NCBI GenBank assembly: GCA_012441205.1
Contig: GCA_012441205.1_4705.1
Origin: a phage
Strand: one strand, 5' to 3'
DNA length: 64,000 nt
The notes under the pieces are model-generated. The model saw only the letters and a program-made list of their open reading frames with translations. It was not told the DNA's origin and made no database searches. Shown here one piece after another: positions 46,997-56,050 of the stretch; position 1 is the stretch's first letter; every line of letters begins with the position of its first letter. The position numbers and the translations under genes were made by a program.

Positions 46997-47338
46997 CTAT
47001 TGTCGTGTCTGTTGCGGAAATACCCGAAACACCTGGACAATGATGTTCTTGTCCTCGCGGTTGGCGATGTCGATCATGTGTTTTGTTCCAGGACTTTTGA
47101 AATCCCAGAACGCAATTAAATGCGTAATGACATCGCCCATCCACTCATTGCGTCTGAATCCAGCACCTTTACGATAAGGACCATCCCAATCGGCAGGAAA
47201 CGTGGTGTATTTAAACCCGTAATCCTTCGCGTAGCGGCGCACATGCAAATCAGCGCCTGAATGCGCACCGCCAGCAATGAGATGAACTTTGTCGTGAGGA
47301 AGGTTGTGTAACATCTGGTTCATACGCTTTTCGAACAA
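46997..47338 (-). CDS. hypothetical protein, possible SLOG/DprA-like Rossmann-fold domain
   Basis: 113 aa; LIAGGAHSGADLH resembles the GGAxGxD glycine-rich loop of SLOG/LOG/DprA-type proteins. Weak, motif-only call. Confidence 0.3.
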   Translation of the reverse strand: MFEKRMNQMLHNLPHDKVHLIAGGAHSGADLHVRRYAKDYGFKYTTFPADWDGPYRKGAGFRRNEWMGDVITHLIAFWDFKSPGTKHMIDIANREDKNIIVQVFRVFPQQTRQ

Positions 47339-47391
47339 GGGATAATCATCCCAGTAGCGTGATCCCGATACCCCTACACGATAGGGTTCGC

Positions 47392-47712
47392 TTATCTTCC
47401 ACCGCGCAATGACTTTACGTTGCGTGCGATAAAGGGTGCAACGTAATCACGGAAATTATGGATCCATCCTTTAATGGGTTGGTTGTCTAGTAAGCACTCA
47501 CGTACCGAAAACGTACTTACTTCTAATACACCAAACTGTAGTCGCCAATAGCGATTGATTTCAGCTTGGGTATGTTCTAATGTCATGTACTCAGGAACAC
47601 GAGCCAATAGGTCGTGTTTAAATTGCTCAGCAATCGCTGGTTGATGTGACGCAATTGTCTGCGTGATAACATCAATCAGTTCATGTGCATGCTTGATAGC
47701 AGGTGCGGTCAT
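47392..47712 (-). CDS. hypothetical protein (106 aa)
   Basis: ORF downstream of the RecA-like gene. Confidence 0.4.
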   Translation of the reverse strand: MTAPAIKHAHELIDVITQTIASHQPAIAEQFKHDLLARVPEYMTLEHTQAEINRYWRLQFGVLEVSTFSVRECLLDNQPIKGWIHNFRDYVAPFIARNVKSLRGGR

Positions 47713-47724
47713 TTATTTAGCCTT

Positions 47725-49215
47725 TTATTTTTTACTCGGACGATTCAATGCGGGTACCGGGTTCTTTGGTTGCTTTGTCTTTTCATCCATCCAGTACGGG
47801 AAGTACTCACCAGTACGCATACGCAATAAGTCCATTGTGGACAGGAACGGCAGCGGGTTAGGATCGTCCAGATACGTCCAGTAACCACGCGTGTTTAACA
47901 ATACATCCCAATCGAAACCTTTTGCTTTAAGATCGTCGTACAGTTCCTGTGGGGTGCAATACAGCTGTGGGTTTTCGTAAACCTCTTGACGCCAGAGATT
48001 ATGCATTTGACACAGCTCCGACGTAATTTCCAGAGCACGCTGTAAATACTCATCCTCTTCGCAGAGAGAACGAATGGTCGTACGCTGCAACGCAACATCC
48101 GGATAAATATCCAAATATACCGTTGAAGCACCATCAGCTGACTTACCACCTGACGCATGCATACCCCAACCACGCATCCAATCTTTATCACGCAGGTAGT
48201 GGTATTCCGTTAATGATGGTTTAACCCCTTCGCTCTGACTAACCACAATCGGGAACGGTAAGCCGGTGGGTCCGTTTTTAGCGCGCATGTTAAAGACTTG
48301 AATCAACTGCAGATCGGTATCCCCGATAAGGTTGTCACCAGGCCCACGCGGATAAAGGACGCGTTTATCCGCGTTCTGAAGAATCGTCAGTTTATCGATT
48401 TTCCAGAGGTTATTCGTATAAAACGTGAAGCGTTCCGGGACGTTCTTAAACTTCTCATCGCCCTTAAACCCTTTCAGTTTTCGTACCGGTTGCTGTCCCG
48501 GCATACCACCAACGTTTACACCGTCACCAAGGTGGGCGGTCATGGTAATGTAGATACCCGCCGACGCTGTGAGTACTGGCATCTGTGATAGAATCTGGCT
48601 TTTCGCAGCTGCTGAACGCATCGCTTCAGCATTCAGTTTTGCGCCACCCGCGGTTTCTTTATCGAACAGTGCATCAACGGCATCGATTGGTAATCCAGAG
48701 AAACTGTCGATGAGTACAACGGTCGGCAACCACCAGGTATAGTTCTCACCGTGTTTATTAATAAACGGAACGGCTTTGCGTTGAGATTTATCTTTGACCT
48801 TGTCGTCACGGAATTTCTTAATCGCATCAAACCAAATGTTACCGCTCATCTGAACAGCATCGGTGATAAACACACGTTCTTCTTCGAAAAGATCGACACC
48901 TGCGATATTAGACATGTTCATCGCAAGCGTTAAGATACGTGTTGTCGTTAACGACATTTCTGTGTCGTAAACGCTACTATTGCTGTTTGCGTAACGATCG
49001 ATAACGCGTAACAAGCGAAACATTATGAACGTGGTTTTGTTCATGTTGCCGCGAGCGCCTGCGCCCTCAACAAGCATCATGCCGCCGTTACAAATGCTTT
49101 CACCGTGTTTACCGACATAGTACCGACCACCAGATGTGGGAATATCCATTAAGCAACCAATGTTGAGATTAAAACGCATCTCTTCACCAGGAGAAAGGTA
49201 CTTATTAAGATTCAT
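47725..49215 (-). CDS. RecA/UvsX-like ATPase with deviant P-loop (putative recombinase)
   Basis: 496 aa; NGGMMLVEGAGARGNMNKTTFIMF aligns to the RecA P-loop region (GRIVEIYGPESSGKTTLTL) and TVVLIDSFSGL to the RecA Walker B (VIVVDSVAAL). The P-loop reads GNMNKTT rather than SSGKTT. Confidence 0.45.
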   Translation of the reverse strand: MNLNKYLSPGEEMRFNLNIGCLMDIPTSGGRYYVGKHGESICNGGMMLVEGAGARGNMNKTTFIMFRLLRVIDRYANSNSSVYDTEMSLTTTRILTLAMNMSNIAGVDLFEEERVFITDAVQMSGNIWFDAIKKFRDDKVKDKSQRKAVPFINKHGENYTWWLPTVVLIDSFSGLPIDAVDALFDKETAGGAKLNAEAMRSAAAKSQILSQMPVLTASAGIYITMTAHLGDGVNVGGMPGQQPVRKLKGFKGDEKFKNVPERFTFYTNNLWKIDKLTILQNADKRVLYPRGPGDNLIGDTDLQLIQVFNMRAKNGPTGLPFPIVVSQSEGVKPSLTEYHYLRDKDWMRGWGMHASGGKSADGASTVYLDIYPDVALQRTTIRSLCEEDEYLQRALEITSELCQMHNLWRQEVYENPQLYCTPQELYDDLKAKGFDWDVLLNTRGYWTYLDDPNPLPFLSTMDLLRMRTGEYFPYWMDEKTKQPKNPVPALNRPSKK

Positions 49216-49314
49216 TGGGTAAAGACTCCTTCGATTCTTCGACTAATTCTTAGTGTTCAGAGAATAACTATTTTTTAGTTAAGACTGACAACCGCTATTT
49301 CCACGAGGACAATC

Positions 49315-50157
49315 ATGCATAAATTTACCATTCCTGAAGACCCGATTACACTGCAGACCCTTTGGGATTCACATCGTGCTTTATCAATGGAAGGCTTTGC
49401 GCAAGACTTCGCTTCACTTACCGCAGTAACGAATCTTCGCAGTATGTTTACCAACGGTAAGAAGTTTGTTACCGATTGGCTTAAGAAACGTGATGTGACG
49501 GTTTATCCTAAAGTTTTCGATGACCTCGATACGATTTTTAGCAACAACGCTTACAGCGATCTCATTGGGTATCGTGCTTTTATTCCGAATGGTTTAAATG
49601 CGCCGATGTCAGATTATGTTGTTGCTTTAACTCAGAGCCTGGATAGCGTGATTGGCACCATCCTACCTGATTTGGATAAGCTGACCGTAACGTGCGCTAA
49701 AGCCGTCAACGACGTTAACTTCCGTCGTAGTAGTGGTATGGCTCAAACGCTACCTAAAAACGATCCAGAGAACGTTCTAGAGACGTTACGTGCGATGTTC
49801 AAACAAGGGACGGTAACACAGACCACTGTAGGCCGTGCATATAAGAACGAAGATGATATTCGTCAGATCGGAAAAGATCTGGATGCTTCCCGTATCCGTG
49901 CGCTTGACGTTAATCCTAAAGACGTGAAGAAGGCAATCGAACGTTTCATGGAGGTAGCTGACCGTTTAACCGAAATCCTGGTTCAAGACTACAATGAAGG
50001 TGCGGTGAGCAACGCGATGATTCGCGATATTAGTGACGCTATCTACCAAACAGCCAAGCAGGCTGAACTGTATGCGTTTCTCGTGAACGCTTTGGCTGAG
50101 GCGATCATCGCATATAACGACACTTGGGACGCCGTTAAAAAGAACGCGAAAAAATAA
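49315..50157 (+). CDS. hypothetical protein (280 aa)
   Basis: ATG at 49315; followed by a terminator hairpin. Confidence 0.5.
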   Translation: MHKFTIPEDPITLQTLWDSHRALSMEGFAQDFASLTAVTNLRSMFTNGKKFVTDWLKKRDVTVYPKVFDDLDTIFSNNAYSDLIGYRAFIPNGLNAPMSDYVVALTQSLDSVIGTILPDLDKLTVTCAKAVNDVNFRRSSGMAQTLPKNDPENVLETLRAMFKQGTVTQTTVGRAYKNEDDIRQIGKDLDASRIRALDVNPKDVKKAIERFMEVADRLTEILVQDYNEGAVSNAMIRDISDAIYQTAKQAELYAFLVNALAEAIIAYNDTWDAVKKNAKK

Positions 50158-50165
50158 CATAATAA

Positions 50166-50201
50166 CCCACCCTACTACCCCGTTAAGGGCGGTAGGGTGG
50201 G
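50166..50201. terminator. bidirectional hairpin terminator between convergent genes
   Basis: CCCACCCTAC...GTAGGGTGGG (10-bp outer stem plus inner pairing), followed by GATAAGGTTTATTTGCCG on the plus strand and by TTATTATGTTATTTTTTCG on the minus strand. Confidence 0.5.
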
Positions 50202-50208
50202 ATAAGGT

Positions 50209-50640
50209 TTATTTGCCGTATAGTTGTACCACTCGTTGTGTCGTAGGAACGCAGACTCTTACCAGAAGCTTTTTAATCTCCTGACGAATCGTTGCTTTAT
50301 CATCATAATAAAGCCATGGCGGAACGCGTTGCATTATGCACTGCACGGCTTCATCGTAGTTCGTCGTCTCATTAAGTAACGTCTCACTATCCAGATCTTT
50401 CCATGCAGTAATACCAAGTCGCGCAGCAAACATCAACGCTGAAACCGACTCAGCTATCTCCAATCGCTCATTCATATCCGCAAGACCTTTTAGCATGATG
50501 TAATTATCGTCATGCTGGTGCAGGGTACCATACAAACTTCCGAAGAGAAGTATGCGTTTAGCTTTTGCGGTTAAGAGGAACGATAGGAGAGCGTGTTTCA
50601 ACGGTTGTTTCTCACGTTCTACCTGTTCGACCATCACCAT
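50209..50640 (-). CDS. hypothetical protein (143 aa)
   Basis: ORF immediately downstream of the RNase H gene. Confidence 0.45.
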   Translation of the reverse strand: MVMVEQVEREKQPLKHALLSFLLTAKAKRILLFGSLYGTLHQHDDNYIMLKGLADMNERLEIAESVSALMFAARLGITAWKDLDSETLLNETTNYDEAVQCIMQRVPPWLYYDDKATIRQEIKKLLVRVCVPTTQRVVQLYGK

Positions 50641-50643
50641 TGA

Positions 50644-52170
50644 TTACTCCAACACATAACGTGGGTTACTGTATATGTTAGCCCATATACCAACGTCGTC
50701 TCCCGACTCAATAATCACAGCGAAACGAAACGCAACATCAGACTCGCGATATGTTACCGCGTACGCTTTCGTTTCCGGTGATGCTAAATAGCTCAAGTTC
50801 AGACGTTGAGGCAGGTCTAACCCCAAGGACATGGTACAAGACGTAACGCCCTGCTTATCGGGGGTCAGTCTGTAATTCACGTCCACCTTCAAGCTTTTCG
50901 TAACCTGCGTAATCGCACTATGCACTTTGGTAACCGTTTTGCCTTTCTTATCCTTTTCTGTTTCGAAAAGAACGTCGGTAATTTCGGTTACGACTAGACG
51001 CGGTGTGGATTCGCGGTTAGCGTCAAGCCATTCATCCAGTAACGTCTTTAAGAAGTTCAAGGAATCAATCGCACGCCAAGCAAGGTTAGGCGGGTTGCAC
51101 GCTTCCATTAAAATGGCTGTGTTGGATCCACCTAGCGGAAGATGCACGCTCTTACCGAGGCCTGTCGGACGCATCGTAAGATCGCACTCACCCTCAAGAA
51201 TATCGCGATGATATTGACGATGATGAAGGTTATCCGTGTATGCGATATACACTGACTCCGTTGTCCCATGCTCTAATACCCGAGATGCATGCGTACGCAT
51301 AATCTCAACAGCATCATCCGGCTTGCTTAGATAGATAACACTGTACGCACTATCGCTAATCCTTTTCCCTAACTCAAGACGTCCCTTGTTGTCTTTATCG
51401 GTGTTACCACCGAAATAGATGTAGCGGCCATCTTTCGCACGCTCTTGCTGCTGGTTGGTGGTAAAGTAGCAGCGTGAGAACGTAAAGAACGGGCTTATTT
51501 CCGGTTCGGGGCTCCAATACCCCTTAGCCGGAAGTTCGCGGCGTATTTGGGTTCTTACAGCCCAGTCCTGGTTTTGTGATAGATATGTTCCACGCGTTGC
51601 CAACATATCCGCACGTTCGTTACCAACATTGCCCTCATGTCCAGGAACATAGCGCAGCGAAATATCGATAGCGTCGCGCTTCGCATCCCTTATCGCGCTA
51701 TCGAGTTTCCGCCACCGTTCCGCATTCATTAACGGTTTATTGTCGGATTTAACCCAGTTGTTCTCTCGCCAATTAGCAAGATGGTTGGTGGCACCTACAA
51801 CAACATATTGGCTGTCCGACAACAGCTGGATCCGTTTTGCCCCCTTTGCTTTTCCAAGTTCAATCGCACGTATTGCGGCATCCAACTCAGCCTGATTGTT
51901 CGTTACATTGAAACCCAAAGCCTCTAACTCATCCACGTATTCCTTGGGTTCGACCAGCACAGCGTCTTTAGGAAAGTCGAGTTTAGGGTCAACATAACCG
52001 TATTGCGTTGGTTTGGGCTTCCCACTTTTTGAAGGTTCCAAGGTGCCTTTTATTTCTTTCACCATATCGTAGGTGTAGCCATGCACGCCATAGCCACCAT
52101 ACCCACTCGATGTTGGACGGGATCCTCCATCACAGTAGAAAACGGCACCAAGCTCAGTATTTCCTGCCAT
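50644..52170 (-). CDS. RNase HI domain protein fused to an uncharacterised ~330-aa C-terminal domain
   Basis: Start set to the ATG at 52170 (TGAGG RBS). The N-terminal about 180 aa match RNase HI: FYCDGGS (catalytic Asp), TNNQAELDAAIRAIE (catalytic Glu), LLSDSQYVV (catalytic Asp), YVPGHEGNVGNERADMLA (His/Asp), with a roughly 45-aa insertion after the first strand. Confidence 0.8.
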   Translation of the reverse strand: MAGNTELGAVFYCDGGSRPTSSGYGGYGVHGYTYDMVKEIKGTLEPSKSGKPKPTQYGYVDPKLDFPKDAVLVEPKEYVDELEALGFNVTNNQAELDAAIRAIELGKAKGAKRIQLLSDSQYVVVGATNHLANWRENNWVKSDNKPLMNAERWRKLDSAIRDAKRDAIDISLRYVPGHEGNVGNERADMLATRGTYLSQNQDWAVRTQIRRELPAKGYWSPEPEISPFFTFSRCYFTTNQQQERAKDGRYIYFGGNTDKDNKGRLELGKRISDSAYSVIYLSKPDDAVEIMRTHASRVLEHGTTESVYIAYTDNLHHRQYHRDILEGECDLTMRPTGLGKSVHLPLGGSNTAILMEACNPPNLAWRAIDSLNFLKTLLDEWLDANRESTPRLVVTEITDVLFETEKDKKGKTVTKVHSAITQVTKSLKVDVNYRLTPDKQGVTSCTMSLGLDLPQRLNLSYLASPETKAYAVTYRESDVAFRFAVIIESGDDVGIWANIYSNPRYVLE

Positions 52171-52220
52171 TGTAAACCTCATTAATCATTGTCCGTATGA
52201 TAGCCCAAAGTTGTACGGTA

Positions 52221-52772
52221 TTACCGATTACCGTCAGTTGACGTTGGTTGATTGCGATCGATTTTCATTGACCGTAATTTTCCACCATTAGTTACACACT
52301 GATTGCGCTGTTCGACGGAGGCCAGACTGTTACAGACATAATAAGTATCGATAAAACGCTCAACGCGTTCTTGAAACTTCCTCCCGGCAACTTGCTCTTT
52401 TTCAAAAGTTCGTAATGCACGATCGACCTCACCTTGGAGAATCCGGTTCTGTTCAACCATACTGTCTATTAAACGGCCTCGCACTTCGTTCGATGTGTAG
52501 AGTTGATGAATCAGTTCTCGGTTGGTGTCTCGCGCATAACGCAATGTTGCATTTTCCTGACGTAAACTACTCACGTCAGCCATCAAGGTAATGATTTTTT
52601 CGCCAGCGAATAACGTCACGATACCCAATACGATGAAAAAGCCCGTAATCAAGAATATCGAGGACTGTCGAGCTCCATCTCGACGATAGCGTGTGGGCGG
52701 TCGCTTACTTCGCCGAAACAACTCGCGAAGAAAAGGGAAAAGCCAGGGCAACGCCTTGAGTGTAGTAAACAT
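52221..52772 (-). CDS. hypothetical membrane protein with coiled-coil region
   Basis: ORF track starts at 52916; the ATG at 52772 gives a 183-aa protein with one predicted transmembrane helix (IFLITGFFIVLGIVTLFAG) and a heptad-like C-terminal region. Confidence 0.4.
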   Translation of the reverse strand: MFTTLKALPWLFPFLRELFRRSKRPPTRYRRDGARQSSIFLITGFFIVLGIVTLFAGEKIITLMADVSSLRQENATLRYARDTNRELIHQLYTSNEVRGRLIDSMVEQNRILQGEVDRALRTFEKEQVAGRKFQERVERFIDTYYVCNSLASVEQRNQCVTNGGKLRSMKIDRNQPTSTDGNR

Positions 52773-52826
52773 GCGTGTGTCCTTGATAGTATGAAATTTC
52801 CAATACAACTTAACCGAGGACGTCGA

Positions 52827-54167
52827 ATGATTAGTATTTTTGGTTTTTATACGTACAAAGGGTACGCTAATAACCACCCAAAAACCACGGCGAAATTCGG
52901 TGAGTTCAGTCAGCACAGTGCTACGTTCAGTCGCGAAATCGGCATCTATACCAACACGGCGTACGCACGTACGACCTTATTAGTGTTGAATGCCGAAAAC
53001 GAAGCTGGTGAAGCACAAACGCTGAATGACGACACCGCAGGCCGCATTCTTCAGGTTGGTCAATGGTTGCTGGAAAAAGCCTCATCAGGCGAAATCCAGG
53101 ATGACCGAGACCAGGTTATCGGCTACCTAAAAGACGACTTCACAACGTATCTGGATTCTATCGACATCCCAACACCCACCACCGATGGTACCGTCTATCT
53201 ACCGGCGTGGATCAGTTTCAAGATAACCGCCACCGGCGATGTCGTCAAGATTTGGTTGTCTGATAGCGTATTCCAAAGTCAATATCCAAAATACGAATAT
53301 GAAGTCGTTCCCCCTGTTCCTAAGGATCAGTTAGATACCTTCTTCGAAGATCTGGCAACATTGAAGAAACTGGTTGACAGTCGAAGCAGCGAGAAACTGA
53401 CCGAAGAAATCAACGAGGTGCGCGACCAATTCCCAGACACACAATTGTGGACGAAAACATATAAAGCGTACGATTACACCGACGATTCGAAATATATTAA
53501 TACCGATTGGACGGTGATTATCTACGGTGCAGCAGGTAACAACATTGATAATATCAAGGAGTTCCTGCAAAACTGGATTCTTAGCAATAGCACGCACGGA
53601 CGTCCAGACTGGGAAATCGTTCTGCCGGATCTTTTTATTCCGACGGAACACATCTTCATTCCAATCTGGAACCGCCACAGTGCGCCAGAAATGACCAATC
53701 AGGCACGTATCTATAGTCCTATATTCGATGATTCGTTGATGGATACCTACCTGAAAAACTTTGCTGATGGTTACGGCGAAACCGCCGAAGTCCGTAAATC
53801 GCTTCAAGCGGTGCCGACGTTGTGGCGCTCGATCGGTTTCTTAAGCGTTGGTAACTCACGTAACCGAGACGGTAAACTTAAGTTCTACGATCGTTGGCCG
53901 CAATACGCGCTCATCAGCACAACCAGCATCGATATTAACCGTATCGATGATGCGACACGTGAATTCATCACGTTCACTTACGAAATGCTGAAACTGGCAG
54001 AATCGCTGACCGAAGACGACCCGGTACCGTTGGGTTATAGTCGTGTTACGCGTGGTAGCAATAGCTTCTTAGCGAAAAGCCACAACGATGTTCAGTATCT
54101 CTTCTTAACAAAAGAAGCGTTCCTGAAGAAAATGCCGGATGAAGCCGACACGCCTGTTGGAGGTTGA
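52827..54167 (+). CDS. hypothetical protein (446 aa)
   Basis: ATG at 52827 with GAGGA RBS 6 nt upstream; stop overlaps the RBS/start of the next gene. Confidence 0.5.
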   Translation: MISIFGFYTYKGYANNHPKTTAKFGEFSQHSATFSREIGIYTNTAYARTTLLVLNAENEAGEAQTLNDDTAGRILQVGQWLLEKASSGEIQDDRDQVIGYLKDDFTTYLDSIDIPTPTTDGTVYLPAWISFKITATGDVVKIWLSDSVFQSQYPKYEYEVVPPVPKDQLDTFFEDLATLKKLVDSRSSEKLTEEINEVRDQFPDTQLWTKTYKAYDYTDDSKYINTDWTVIIYGAAGNNIDNIKEFLQNWILSNSTHGRPDWEIVLPDLFIPTEHIFIPIWNRHSAPEMTNQARIYSPIFDDSLMDTYLKNFADGYGETAEVRKSLQAVPTLWRSIGFLSVGNSRNRDGKLKFYDRWPQYALISTTSIDINRIDDATREFITFTYEMLKLAESLTEDDPVPLGYSRVTRGSNSFLAKSHNDVQYLFLTKEAFLKKMPDEADTPVGG

Positions 54168-54169
54168 TT

Positions 54170-54796
54170 ATGGCTGTAACACGCATGACGCCAAGTCCCG
54201 GTGCGGTCGGGGTATTCACAGTATCAGCGCCGTTTACCGTTGGTGCGTCAACGCTATATACCGTTACAGCGTTGCGAAGATTCAGCGAAGTCATCGGTAG
54301 TGGAATCGATCTATTTACGGAACTGTACGAACCGTTATCAATAGACAAATCCACATTCGAAGCGCATCTCGAAGCGAATGCTTATCTCGTCACGTTGCAA
54401 CCGGATTACGGTGCACCCGTACTGGTACCTGATACGTATATCACGTCGTACCCAAAGAACGATTCATTGCGGTATCGTCGCATTATTCTGGGTATCGATT
54501 TCGGGCCTCTTCCTCCCGGTCTTGACCTTTCGTATTTAACAACGATATTGAAAGGTAAGGCCAGTGATATTCTTGGTGTCGAACCTGAAGTTAAAACGAT
54601 GGAAATCACTCTCGATGATACCGTTACTCAGGAACAACATCAGATAAACGAAGCCCGTCGTCAGGCCGCGATAAAAGAGCGAGATACCATATACGCACGT
54701 TGTGAAACGCAAGAGAAGCAGATAACGGCTTTACTTGCAACCCAAAAGCAACTTATCAAATTGCTTCAAGACGCCGGTATCAATCCGACACCTTAA
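54170..54796 (+). CDS. hypothetical protein (208 aa)
   Basis: ATG at 54170 with GGAGG 8 nt upstream (ORF track starts at a TTG at 54164); translationally coupled to the upstream gene. Confidence 0.5.
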   Translation: MAVTRMTPSPGAVGVFTVSAPFTVGASTLYTVTALRRFSEVIGSGIDLFTELYEPLSIDKSTFEAHLEANAYLVTLQPDYGAPVLVPDTYITSYPKNDSLRYRRIILGIDFGPLPPGLDLSYLTTILKGKASDILGVEPEVKTMEITLDDTVTQEQHQINEARRQAAIKERDTIYARCETQEKQITALLATQKQLIKLLQDAGINPTP

Positions 54797-54802
54797 CATA
54801 TT

Positions 54803-54834
54803 CCCTCCTCCTTCCCTGTTGGGTTGGAGGAGGG
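54803..54834. terminator. hairpin terminator (conserved family)
   Basis: CCCTCCTCC-TTCCCTGTTGGGTT-GGAGGAGGG followed by TTATGCTGTC. Confidence 0.55.
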
Positions 54835-54848
54835 TTATGCTGTCAAGC

Positions 54849-54864
54849 AAAAAAAAAAAAAAAA
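54849..54864. repeat. 16-nt poly(A)/poly(T) homopolymer tract
   Basis: A16 on the plus strand between two hairpins in a convergent intergenic region; reads as T16 downstream of the minus-strand gene ending at 54910. Confidence 0.8.
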
Positions 54865-54875
54865 TGATAGTCACA

Positions 54876-54897
54876 GGCTCTCCAATGAAGGAGAGCC
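54876..54897 (-). terminator. hairpin after minus-strand gene 54910..55611
   Basis: GGCTCTCC-AATGAA-GGAGAGCC; on the minus strand it is followed about 11 nt later by the T16 tract. Confidence 0.45.
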
Positions 54898-54909
54898 GTG
54901 ACCGTCAGT

Positions 54910-55611
54910 TTAAGATGCAGATAATCTCGCGTACTTCTGGCGAACATGGTTCTTACGGCGAACTTCGTCGTCCTCGTCGCGCCATTCGAGGTAAGCAACG
55001 AATCGACGTAACTGCGCCGCCGTCATCGTTGACGAGCGGTCTTCTACGTCTAGAACAACGTAACGAACATCACCAACGCCATCGCAATCAACGTAACTGA
55101 ATACCAAAAGGCCATCGCCGTACTCAACGATGGTAACTTCGAATCGTTTATCGAACAAATAAAACAGTTCCGATTCAATGATCATCGGAATGACGCATAA
55201 ATCAGCACGATTGAGGATTTCCATCATCACCCGTAACGCGCGAGGAGTATGGCGAGCGAACTGGTCGTTAAAACGTTGTTTCATCGCTTGTTCCACGCCA
55301 TCTGTTTTTGTTCCAAACCACGGACGTACTACAGATTTCGGTGGTGTAAGACGAAAGCGATATGCTTGTATAAACAACAGAATATCAGCGACGTTAGGAA
55401 ATTCTTCCTGGTCTTCGTATATCTTGCGGATAATATCCGGAATCGTAACCATCAAGTATTTCTTATCGCCTCCCACTTTCTCGAGATTAGCAATATGTCC
55501 TTCTACCACAGGCTGGTAAACGAAATTATACCAATGACGGTATCTTTCAGTACGTTGGTAGTTTGGGATAAAATTAAGAATAATACTCACTGCGCGTTTT
55601 AATGGGTTCAT
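54910..55611 (-). CDS. hypothetical protein (233 aa)
   Basis: ATG at 55611 with AGAAGGA RBS; last gene of a four-gene minus-strand operon. Confidence 0.5.
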   Translation of the reverse strand: MNPLKRAVSIILNFIPNYQRTERYRHWYNFVYQPVVEGHIANLEKVGGDKKYLMVTIPDIIRKIYEDQEEFPNVADILLFIQAYRFRLTPPKSVVRPWFGTKTDGVEQAMKQRFNDQFARHTPRALRVMMEILNRADLCVIPMIIESELFYLFDKRFEVTIVEYGDGLLVFSYVDCDGVGDVRYVVLDVEDRSSTMTAAQLRRFVAYLEWRDEDDEVRRKNHVRQKYARLSAS

Positions 55612-55625
55612 CGGAAGGATCCTTC

Positions 55626-56039
55626 TTATGTTTTAATATGCACATCGTCAATCCCCTCGGTAATCCAGCCGATGGGAAGGACAATCGTTGTTATCCTGTT
55701 ATGGGTGTAGTGGTTGAGAAAATGGAAATAGTAATTTTTGTTAGACTGTTCGATCCGCAGGTCGAGATGCGCGTCTTCAGGTAACCGTAACCAAGCACCG
55801 TACAGTTCATTAAACTTACGCTGAATTTTACCGGGGTTCATTGGAACCCCACGACCACGACGATGTAGCTGACGTAATGATTCAATCAAACACTCAGAGA
55901 TACCCGTTGTCGTTCCGTTATCGCTTGTATCAATAACGATGAACTCTCGTGACCCACGACCGAGATAAAAGCCAGCGACAAAAGCTGCAGCAACAAAAAT
56001 TATCGTACCGATACCAATATACCAATAGTAAGTATCCAT
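55626..56039 (-). CDS. hypothetical membrane protein (N-terminal transmembrane anchor)
   Basis: ATG at 56039 (MDTYYWYIGIGTIIFVAAAFVAGFYLG...) with GTGAGGT RBS; 137 aa. Confidence 0.45.
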   Translation of the reverse strand: MDTYYWYIGIGTIIFVAAAFVAGFYLGRGSREFIVIDTSDNGTTTGISECLIESLRQLHRRGRGVPMNPGKIQRKFNELYGAWLRLPEDAHLDLRIEQSNKNYYFHFLNHYTHNRITTIVLPIGWITEGIDDVHIKT

Positions 56040-56050
56040 AACGACCTCAC

